From positions 6,036 to 70,035 of the forward strand of contig DASSQD010000030.1 in the NCBI GenBank assembly GCA_035702665.1: 64,000 nt of DNA, in the 5' to 3' direction. Below, one piece after another: positions 24,892-32,233 of the stretch (the stretch's first letter is position 1; each line of letters begins with the position of its first letter). This DNA comes from Burkholderiales bacterium (GTDB lineage: Bacteria > Pseudomonadota > Gammaproteobacteria > Burkholderiales > SG8-39). A program made the translations under genes and the position numbers. The notes below the pieces were generated by a model, which did no database searches, was not told where the DNA came from, and saw only the letters and a list, made by a program, of their open reading frames with translations.

Positions 24892-25194
24892 ATGACCAAG
24901 GGTTCGAAGCAGGCTCCGCAGGAGATCGATTTCGAGGAGGTCAGCAAGCTCGTCCACGCGCTCGAGAGCGACCTGGCTCAGGTGCGCAAGGGCTCGCGCG
25001 ACGTGCAGCTCCTGCGCGACGAGGTCGAGACGCTGAAGAACGTGCTCAGCTCGCCGATCCGCCGGCATCACTGGGTGAGGGAAGGCCTGCACGCCCTGCG
25101 CAAGGCGGCCGAGAACGGCCTCGAGACGGCGCTTGCCGACGGCCTGAAGGCGAGTCAGTACATCGCCGAGATCGGCAGAATCCTCGGGATGTAG
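24892..25194 (+). CDS. Hypothetical small helical protein (100 aa)
   Basis: ORF track with GGAGGG SD upstream. Possibly DUF4404-like, from memory and unverified. Confidence 0.45.
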   Translation: MTKGSKQAPQEIDFEEVSKLVHALESDLAQVRKGSRDVQLLRDEVETLKNVLSSPIRRHHWVREGLHALRKAAENGLETALADGLKASQYIAEIGRILGM

Positions 25195-25203
25195 GCTGCG
25201 TCT

Positions 25204-25989
25204 CTAGCGCGAGCCCTGACCCATGACCCTGCGCAGCCCCTCCGGGTCGACAATGTGGATCTCTTTCAGCTGCACGCTGATCAGCCCTTCCTCGTGGAAG
25301 CGGGAGAAGGCGCGGCTGACGGTCTCGAGCTTCAGACCGAGGTGGCTGCCGATCTCCTCGCGCGTCATGCGCAGGCTGAATTGCGAGGGCGAGTAGCCGC
25401 GCGCGGCGAACCGCTGCGACAGGTTGAGCAGGAACGTGGCGAGGCGCTCCTCGGCCCGCATCGTGCCCAGCAGCAGCATCACGCCGTGCTCGCGCACGAT
25501 CTCGCGGCTCATGACCTTGTGGAACTGGTGCCGGAACTCGTGCATTTCCTCGCTCAGGCTCTCCAGCCGGGAGTACGGGATGACGCACACCTCGCTGTCC
25601 TCCAGCGCGGTCGCGTTGAGGATGTGCAGGTCCGGCCCGATTCCGTCCATCCCCATGAGCTCGCCCGCCATCTGGAATCCGGTGACCTGCTCGCGCCCGT
25701 CCTCGAGCGTCTGCACGGTCTTGAAGAATCCGCTGCGGATCGCGTACAACGAGATGAACTTGTCCCCGGCCCGGTACAGGCACTCCCCGCGCTTCACGCG
25801 CCGGCGCGTGTAGACCAGCTCGTCGACCCGGTCGGCGGCCCGGCCGAGGAGGCCGCAGGGCAGGCATACCTCGCGCAGGCCGCAGCTCGAACAGCGGGTC
25901 GAGACCTTGGCGACCTTGGCGTATGCCGGCTCGCGCAGCGCAATGGCGGGCCTGGCAATCGAGATGGAAGCGGTTGCGGCGGTTGTCAT
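25204..25989 (-). CDS. fnr: FNR/Anr-type oxygen-sensing CRP-family transcription regulator
   Basis: N-terminal Cys cluster CSSCGLREVCLPC (C-x2-C-x5-C) plus a central Cys (SEVCVIPY). Recognition helix is ETVSRAFSRF (the E--SR motif that reads TTGAT). Confidence 0.9.
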   Translation of the reverse strand: MTTAATASISIARPAIALREPAYAKVAKVSTRCSSCGLREVCLPCGLLGRAADRVDELVYTRRRVKRGECLYRAGDKFISLYAIRSGFFKTVQTLEDGREQVTGFQMAGELMGMDGIGPDLHILNATALEDSEVCVIPYSRLESLSEEMHEFRHQFHKVMSREIVREHGVMLLLGTMRAEERLATFLLNLSQRFAARGYSPSQFSLRMTREEIGSHLGLKLETVSRAFSRFHEEGLISVQLKEIHIVDPEGLRRVMGQGSR

Positions 25990-26013
25990 GGTATGCCCTC
26001 GTTGTGGTCTGGA

Positions 26014-26409
26014 TCAGTGACGGGTTGCCCCGAGTCCGGCGATGACTTCCCGGACCTTGGCAATCTCGTGGCTCTTGTCGAAGAAGTACGCGGCGCCGGC
26101 TTCCATGCAGGCGCGGCGGTACTGCGCATTCGGGTGATTGGTGAGGACGATGAACACCGTGTCCGGCGTCTGCGGATGGGCCCGGCGCAGGACGTCGAGG
26201 CCGCTGCCGCCGACGAGGTGCAGGTCGAGCACCACCGAGTCGGGCCGCGTGCGCAGGATCCCCTCGACGGCTTCACGCGGGGTCTCGGCTTCGCCGACGA
26301 CGGTCACGCCCTCCATGTCCCCGAGCATGCCGGCGAGGCGCTGGCGGATCGACTCGGAGTCCTCGACGATGAAGACGTGGGTGCGGGGCTCGGACGCGGC
26401 GACTTGCAT
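26014..26409 (-). CDS. Single-domain response regulator (CheY-like receiver)
   Basis: 131 aa. FIVEDSESIR...VVLDLHLVGGSG. Lies 24 nt upstream of fnr on the same strand. Confidence 0.8.
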   Translation of the reverse strand: MQVAASEPRTHVFIVEDSESIRQRLAGMLGDMEGVTVVGEAETPREAVEGILRTRPDSVVLDLHLVGGSGLDVLRRAHPQTPDTVFIVLTNHPNAQYRRACMEAGAAYFFDKSHEIAKVREVIAGLGATRH

Positions 26410-26537
26410 GCCGCCAGTATGCGAAGACGGGCCGCGGCGGCCTATCGGCGGCGCCTTATTCTTCCGGTCGGAAACCGCCGAGCAGCGGGGTCGGAATCGT
26501 CCTACAAGCCCCGTTTATGACGGCATCATGACGCCAA

Positions 26538-27191
26538 TCAGGGGCTTCCGGCGTCCGGATCGTCGACCAGCCGGTGATGGATGGCGTAGCGGATGAGCTC
26601 GGCGGGGTTGCTCATGCTCATCTTCTCCATGATGCGCGACTTATGGGTGCTCACGGTCTTCACCGAGAGGTTGAGCTCCGCGGCGATGTCCGACACCGCC
26701 TTGCCGGAGGCGAGCTCGCGGAACACCTGGAACTCTCGGTCCGAGAGCGCGGTGTGCGGCAGGCCCTCGGCCCGCGGCATCGCGCCGAGGGCGAGCTGCT
26801 GCGCCACGGCCTCGGTGATGAAGGCGCCTCCGCCGGCGACCTTGCGGATCGCCGAGACGAGCTGGGCCGAGGCGCTGTCCTTGGTGAGGTAGCCCGCCGC
26901 GCCGGCCCGGATCGCGCGTACCGCGTACTGCTGCTCCTCGTGCATGCTCAGCACGAGGATGCGCAGCCTGGGCTTTTCCGCGTGCACCTGCTTGATGAGC
27001 TCGATGCCGCTCTTCCCCGGCATCGACATGTCGAGCAGCAGCACCTCGAAATCGAGGGCGCGCACGCGCTCCAGCACCTCGTGTCCGTTCTGCGCCTCGC
27101 CGACCACGGACAGATCGCTTGCCGCGGAGAGGAGCTGCTTGAGCCCCTCGCGGACGATGGTGTGGTCGTCGGCAATGACGATGCGGATCAC
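26538..27191 (-). CDS. NarL/FixJ (LuxR-type HTH) response regulator
   Basis: GTG 27191 overlaps the kinase stop (GTGA). IVIADDHTIVREGL...LLLDMSMPGKSG, with C-terminal LSDREFQVFRELASGKAVSDIAAELNLSVKTVSTHKSRI. Confidence 0.85.
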   Translation of the reverse strand: MIRIVIADDHTIVREGLKQLLSAASDLSVVGEAQNGHEVLERVRALDFEVLLLDMSMPGKSGIELIKQVHAEKPRLRILVLSMHEEQQYAVRAIRAGAAGYLTKDSASAQLVSAIRKVAGGGAFITEAVAQQLALGAMPRAEGLPHTALSDREFQVFRELASGKAVSDIAAELNLSVKTVSTHKSRIMEKMSMSNPAELIRYAIHHRLVDDPDAGSP

Positions 27192-28504
27192 GGGTTCGTG
27201 GTCTCCGGCTGCAACGGCAGCCGTACGTTGATGGTCGTTCCGCGGCCCGGCTCGCTCGCGATGCCCGCCTCGCCGCCGAGCAGCATCGTGCGCTCGCGCA
27301 GGCCGAGCAGCCCGTAGGTCTTGTGAGCGCGCGCCTCGGCCGGGCTGAATCCACGCCCGTCGTCCCGCACCGAGAGCGTCACCGCGCCGTCGGCCTTCTC
27401 GAGGGCGACATCGACGCGGGTGGCCCCGGCGTGCCGTGCGACGTTGGTGAGCGACTCCTGAAGAATGCGGTACAGGGCGCTCGCGTGCGGCTCCGCGAGC
27501 TCGATGTCCGCCGGCTGGATGTGGAGCCGGCACGGGATGCCCGTCCGCTCGCTGAAGTTCTGGGCGAGCCACTCGGCGGCGGGGACGAGGCCGAGGTCGT
27601 CGAGCATCATGGGCCGGAGGTCGGCCGAGATGCGGCGCGTTGCCGTGACGGTGGCGTCAAGCTGGGCCAGCATCGCCTTCAGCTTCTCGGCCAGCGGGGG
27701 CGGGCCCTGCGACAGGTTGCCCAGCATCCAGGCCGCGTCCATCTTGAGCGCGGTGAGGGACTGCCCCAGCTCGTCGTGGATCTCGCGCGCGACGCGGCGC
27801 TGCTCCTGCTCCCGGATCGTGTGCGCGGCGGCCGACAGCTCGCGCAGTTCTTCCCTGGAGCGCCGCAGCTCATTGTCGACCAGGACGCGCTCGGTCACGT
27901 CGCGCAGGATGACGGTGAGGATCTTGCGGCCGTTCTCGACGTGCTGGGAGATCGAGGCCTCGATGGGAAACTCGTCGCCGTTCGCCCGCAACCCGCTCAG
28001 CACGCCCGGGCCGGCCATGCGCCGCGAGGTGACGCCGGTGCGGCCGAACTCGGCCACGTGCGCCTGGTGCGCCCGCCGGAAGCGTTCCGGGACCAGCGTG
28101 TCGAGCGGTTGCCCGAGGACGGCGGCGCGCGGCCAGCCGAACATCTTCTCGGCGGCGGGGTTGTACAGGACGATTCGCTGCGACTCGTCGACGGAAACGA
28201 TGGCATCCATCGCCGAGTCCACGATGTCGCCGACCTGCGCCTGGGCGCTCTGCAGCGCGGTGTCGGAGGCCCTGCGCTCGTCCGTCTGCCGGTAGAAGAG
28301 CACGACGGCGAGCAGCATCACCAGGGCTCCGCCGACGACGGCGATCGCGTACATCTCGTACCGGTAGAACCCGAACAGGCCCGCGACCAGGGCGAGCAGG
28401 ACGGTGAAGACGCCGAGCGCGAGCACCGGCCCGAAAATAATCAGCAGCTTGCCCGCCTCGAACCGGCCGGTGCTGTTGTGCGGCGCGTTGGCCTGCATTC
28501 TCAT
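27188..28504 (-). CDS. PAS-domain sensor histidine kinase (HisKA_3/NarX-DegS type)
   Basis: ORF 27188..28636 trimmed to ATG 28504. Two TM helices, PAS (IVSVDESQRIVLYNPAAEKMFGW), H-box REIHDELGQSL, HATPase (DDGRGF). Confidence 0.8.
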   Translation of the reverse strand: MRMQANAPHNSTGRFEAGKLLIIFGPVLALGVFTVLLALVAGLFGFYRYEMYAIAVVGGALVMLLAVVLFYRQTDERRASDTALQSAQAQVGDIVDSAMDAIVSVDESQRIVLYNPAAEKMFGWPRAAVLGQPLDTLVPERFRRAHQAHVAEFGRTGVTSRRMAGPGVLSGLRANGDEFPIEASISQHVENGRKILTVILRDVTERVLVDNELRRSREELRELSAAAHTIREQEQRRVAREIHDELGQSLTALKMDAAWMLGNLSQGPPPLAEKLKAMLAQLDATVTATRRISADLRPMMLDDLGLVPAAEWLAQNFSERTGIPCRLHIQPADIELAEPHASALYRILQESLTNVARHAGATRVDVALEKADGAVTLSVRDDGRGFSPAEARAHKTYGLLGLRERTMLLGGEAGIASEPGRGTTINVRLPLQPETTNP

Positions 28505-28510
28505 CGGGAA

Positions 28511-28524
28511 TTGACCCACGTCAA
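28511..28524. promoter_or_regulatory. FNR/Anr box TTGACccacGTCAA
   Basis: Lies in the 52-nt kinase/hemN divergent spacer. Centre is 39.5 nt upstream of the hemN ATG. CATAGT hexamer at 28546-28551. Confidence 0.7.
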
Positions 28525-28556
28525 AGGATCCTTCTTCGCCGGTTCCATAGTGGCGC

Positions 28557-29981
28557 ATGGTCGCAACAACCATCCGGCCGGAGGCGGAGCGGTCCAAGCC
28601 GTCCGATCTCGTCGTCGACCCGGACCTGATCCGCAAGTACGGCGGGAGCGGGCCGCGCTATACGTCGTATCCGACTGCGGACCGGTTCGTCGAGGCCTTC
28701 AACGCCGAGGCGTACGGACATTGGCTGGAGAACCGCAATGTCGGGGGGGTGGTCAGACCGCTCGCATTATACGTACACCTGCCTTTCTGCGACACGATCT
28801 GCTACTACTGCGCCTGCAACAAGATCATCACCAAGGACCACGGGCGCTCGGCCAAGTACCTGAAGCACCTGGGGCGGGAGATCCGTCTGGTGGCCCGAGC
28901 GCTGGGCGAGGACCGCGCCGTGGCGCAGATGCACTGGGGAGGCGGTTCCCCGACGTTCCTGAGCGAAGCGGAGCTCGCCGAGCTGATGGGCATGATCCGC
29001 TCCGAGTTCAGGCTGGCCCCGTCGGGCGAGTACGCGATCGAGGTCGATCCGCGCAAGGTCGGCGCCGCGAAGATCGCCCTGCTCGCGCAACTCGGCTTCA
29101 ACCGCCTGAGCCTGGGCGTGCAGGACGTCGACCCCGAGGTCCAGAAGGCCGTCCACCGCATCCAGTCGATCGACGAGACCCGCGCGGTGATCCTCGCGGC
29201 GAGGGAGAACGGGTTCACGTCCATCAACGTCGATTTGATTTACGGATTGCCCAAGCAAAGCGTGGAAAGCTTCTCACGCACGCTCGACACGGTGCTCGAA
29301 TGCGATCCCGACCGGATCGCCCTCTACTCGTACGCGCATCTGCCCGCGGTGTTCAAGCCCCAGCGCCGCATCGCGGACGCCGACCTGCCCGTGCCCGAGA
29401 CGAAGCTCGCGATCCTGACCCGATCGATCGAAAGATTGCAGGCCGCGGGCTATGTCTACATCGGCATGGACCATTTCGCGAAGCCCGGAGACGATCTCGC
29501 GGTGGCGCAGAGGCAGGGGCGGCTGACACGCAACTTCCAGGGATATTCCGCCTCGGGGGACAGCGACATTGTCGCCCTGGGCGTGTCGGCGATCAGCAAG
29601 GTCGGACCGGTCTACGCGCAGAACGTGAAGACGCTCGACGAGTACTACGGCCGCCTGGAAGCCGGCGAGATTCCCGTGATGCGCGGGATCGAGCTGACGC
29701 CGGACGATCTGGTGCGGCGCGCGGTGATCCAGGCGCTGGCCTGCCATTTCGCAGTGTCGAAGGAAGCGGTCTCGATCGCGCACCTGATCGACTTCGACAG
29801 CTACTTCGCCGTCGAGCTGGGCGAGCTGAAGGAGATGGAGAGGGAGTCGCTGGTCGCGCTCGACGACGAATGGATCACGGTGACGCCGCACGGGCGGCTG
29901 CTGGTGCGCGCGGTGTGCGCGGTGTTCGACCGCTGCCTCCGGTCCGATCGCGACCGCGCCCGCTACTCGAAGATCATATGA
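28557..29981 (+). CDS. hemN: Oxygen-independent coproporphyrinogen III oxidase (radical SAM)
   Basis: 474 aa. LIRKYGGSGPRYTSYPTA, radical-SAM CDTICYYC, GGGSPTFL. Confidence 0.9.
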   Translation: MVATTIRPEAERSKPSDLVVDPDLIRKYGGSGPRYTSYPTADRFVEAFNAEAYGHWLENRNVGGVVRPLALYVHLPFCDTICYYCACNKIITKDHGRSAKYLKHLGREIRLVARALGEDRAVAQMHWGGGSPTFLSEAELAELMGMIRSEFRLAPSGEYAIEVDPRKVGAAKIALLAQLGFNRLSLGVQDVDPEVQKAVHRIQSIDETRAVILAARENGFTSINVDLIYGLPKQSVESFSRTLDTVLECDPDRIALYSYAHLPAVFKPQRRIADADLPVPETKLAILTRSIERLQAAGYVYIGMDHFAKPGDDLAVAQRQGRLTRNFQGYSASGDSDIVALGVSAISKVGPVYAQNVKTLDEYYGRLEAGEIPVMRGIELTPDDLVRRAVIQALACHFAVSKEAVSIAHLIDFDSYFAVELGELKEMERESLVALDDEWITVTPHGRLLVRAVCAVFDRCLRSDRDRARYSKII

Positions 29982-30694
29982 GCGCCGCGGCGCTGACCGC
30001 GGTGTTCCTCGTCGGACTCCTCGGGGGCGGGCACTGCCTCGGCATGTGCGGCGGCATCGTGACCGCGCTCACCGTGCGCCTGCCGCGCGACCGGCCGCGC
30101 TGGTCGCTGCACCTCGCCTATCACGCCGGGCGGATCACGACGTACGCCGCGGCGGGCGCGCTCGCGGGCGGGCTGGGCTCGGCGGCGCTGCTCCTCGGCG
30201 CGGCCCTCCCGATCCAGGTCGTGCTCTACGTCGTGGCGCAGCTGGTGCTCGTCGCCCTGGGGCTGTACCTGGTCGGCGTGCCGCGCTATCTCGACGTGTT
30301 CGAGCGCGCCGGAAAAGTCCTGTGGCAGCGGATCCAGCCCGCGGCGTCCGCGCTATTCCCGGTCCGCACTCCCGCGCGCGGCTACGCGGTGGGGCTGCTG
30401 TGGGGACTGCTGCCCTGCGGCCTCGTCTACAGCGTGCTTGTGACGGCGCTCGTCTCGGGCAGCGCGAAGTTCGGCGCCCTGACGATGCTCGCCTTCGGCG
30501 CCGGAACCCTGCCCAGCCTGCTCGCCGCGGGAACGGTCTTTCCGGCGCTCGCGCGGACCCGCGGCGGCGGAGCGGCGCGCCGCATCGCCGGCGGCATCGT
30601 CATCGCTTTCGGACTCGTCGGACTGGCGTACGCGGGCGACCTCGAGCGTCTAGCCCGGAATCCGTATTTCTGCTGGACCGCGCCGGGAAGTTGA
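29978..30694 (+). CDS. DsbD_2/TauE-like membrane protein (HCxxMCGG motif)
   Basis: ATG 29978 overlaps the hemN stop (ATGA). GGGHCLGMCGG and LLPCGLVY motifs. ~6 TM helices. Confidence 0.7.
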   Translation: MSAAALTAVFLVGLLGGGHCLGMCGGIVTALTVRLPRDRPRWSLHLAYHAGRITTYAAAGALAGGLGSAALLLGAALPIQVVLYVVAQLVLVALGLYLVGVPRYLDVFERAGKVLWQRIQPAASALFPVRTPARGYAVGLLWGLLPCGLVYSVLVTALVSGSAKFGALTMLAFGAGTLPSLLAAGTVFPALARTRGGGAARRIAGGIVIAFGLVGLAYAGDLERLARNPYFCWTAPGS

Positions 30695-30704
30695 TCTGGG
30701 TCAA
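30691..30704. promoter_or_regulatory. FNR/Anr box TTGATctggGTCAA
   Basis: Overlaps the preceding stop codon (30692-30694). Centre is 40.5 nt upstream of the hemerythrin ATG (30738). Confidence 0.65.
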
Positions 30705-30737
30705 ACCGACCTGCGGGGCCCGTGAGAGGATTGCGCA

Positions 30738-31322
30738 ATGGCGATCGCGCTGAACATCATCCGGGACGAACACCGCTCCATCGCGGCGGTGCTGCACGGC
30801 ATGCAGGAGCTGATCCGCCAGATCCGCGTGCGCGGGGCGAAGATCGATCCGAGGGTATTCCGCGCCATGCTCTACTACCTCGACACGTTCTCCGAGCGCA
30901 TGCACCACCCCAAGGAAGACCAGTACCTGTTCGCGCCGCTGCGGCAGCGCGGGGCGGGAGAGGACGCGCTCATCGCCGAGCTCGAGAAGGAGCACGCGCA
31001 GGGGGGCAGCGCGCTGCGGCGCGTTGAGCAATGCCTGATCCGCTACGAGGAAGGCGGGGAGAAGGAGTTTCCGGAGTTTGCGCGCGAGATCGAGCGCTTC
31101 GTCGAAGGCTACTGGGAACACATGCGCAAGGAAGAGGAGCGCATATTCCCGCTCGCCGACAAGCTGTTCACGCCCGCGGACTGGGAGGCGATCGACCGCG
31201 CCTTCAAGGCGCACGCCGATCCGCTCGCGGGCGACCGCAACGAAAGGGATTTCCGCAAGCTGTTCTCGCGGATCGTCGGCCTCGCCCCGCCGCCGGTCGG
31301 CGTCGGGCCGGCGTCGAGCTAG
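30738..31322 (+). CDS. Hemerythrin-domain protein
   Basis: 194 aa with His/Glu ligand pattern (DEHRSI, HHPKEDQYLF, EKEHAQG, YWEHMRKEEERIFPLA). Confidence 0.8.
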   Translation: MAIALNIIRDEHRSIAAVLHGMQELIRQIRVRGAKIDPRVFRAMLYYLDTFSERMHHPKEDQYLFAPLRQRGAGEDALIAELEKEHAQGGSALRRVEQCLIRYEEGGEKEFPEFAREIERFVEGYWEHMRKEEERIFPLADKLFTPADWEAIDRAFKAHADPLAGDRNERDFRKLFSRIVGLAPPPVGVGPASS

Positions 31323-32233
31323 GCGCTCGCGAGCAGCGCCCGCGCGGTCGCGCGGACGATCTGCGCGTTGGTCCAGCGCGGCCGCCAGCCCAGCGCCAGG
31401 CTTTCCTTCACGTCGAGCACTTGGCCGTGGCGCAGAAGCAGCAACTGCTCCGCGGCGAGCAGCCGGTAGCCGCTCGCGGCCGAGATCCACTCGACAGGCG
31501 CGAGGGGCAGCCGGAGCCGGCGGACGCGCTTCACTCCGAGCTCCTCGGCGATCGCGTCGGCCCACTGTACGATCGAGAGCGGCTCCGGGCCGGCCGCGTT
31601 GAACACGCCCGCCGCTCCGCGCGCGACGATGCGCACGAGCAGGCCTGCGGCGTCCTCGACGTGCACCATGTGCGTGGGCCGCGAGCCCTCGCCCGGGAAG
31701 ACGACGGCGCCGAAGCGCGCGATCGATCGCGCAAACGGCCCGAACAGCCCGCCGCGCCCCGGCCCGGCGATGATGCAGGGGACCATGAGCGCCGTCGGGT
31801 TGGGAAGGGCGCGGGCCTTTTCCCAGGCGGCGAGTTTCGAGGCCGAGTACACGCCCTGGCCGAGCATCGGGGTCTTCGACGAGCTGATTGCCTCGCCTAC
31901 GCGGTACATCATGCTGGTGCCGACATAGGTGAAGTGCGCCTTCGTGCCCGAGTAGCGCCGCGCGAGATTCCCGGTCGCCCGGACGTTGTTCCGCTCGAAG
32001 TAGGCGGGCCGCGAGAAAAGCGGCAGATCGGGCGAGAGGTACTGCACGCCGGCGTTGTGCACGACCGCGTCGACGTCGGGCAGGGTCGCGCAGAATTCCG
32101 GATCGGAGAGATCGCCCCGAAGATCGACCTCGCCGGCCCGGTCGGTCGACACGGTGTCGATGCCCTCGGCGCGCAGCTGGCGGAGGCACTCGCGGCCGAG
32201 GAAGCCCGCGCCGCCGGTGACCAGCGCCCTCAC
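31319..32233 (-). CDS. NAD-dependent epimerase/dehydratase (SDR) family protein
   Basis: GTG 32233 overlaps the UbiD stop (GTGA). VTGGAGFLG Rossmann motif and YSASK catalytic motif. Confidence 0.75.
   Translation of the reverse strand: MRALVTGGAGFLGRECLRQLRAEGIDTVSTDRAGEVDLRGDLSDPEFCATLPDVDAVVHNAGVQYLSPDLPLFSRPAYFERNNVRATGNLARRYSGTKAHFTYVGTSMMYRVGEAISSSKTPMLGQGVYSASKLAAWEKARALPNPTALMVPCIIAGPGRGGLFGPFARSIARFGAVVFPGEGSRPTHMVHVEDAAGLLVRIVARGAAGVFNAAGPEPLSIVQWADAIAEELGVKRVRRLRLPLAPVEWISAASGYRLLAAEQLLLLRHGQVLDVKESLALGWRPRWTNAQIVRATARALLASA

Noticed and set aside
26516-26530. TATGAcggcaTCATG, upstream of the CheY-like receiver/fnr genes.
   Set aside because: The half-sites are spaced TGA-N5-TCA rather than N6, so the motif does not fit FNR/CRP geometry.
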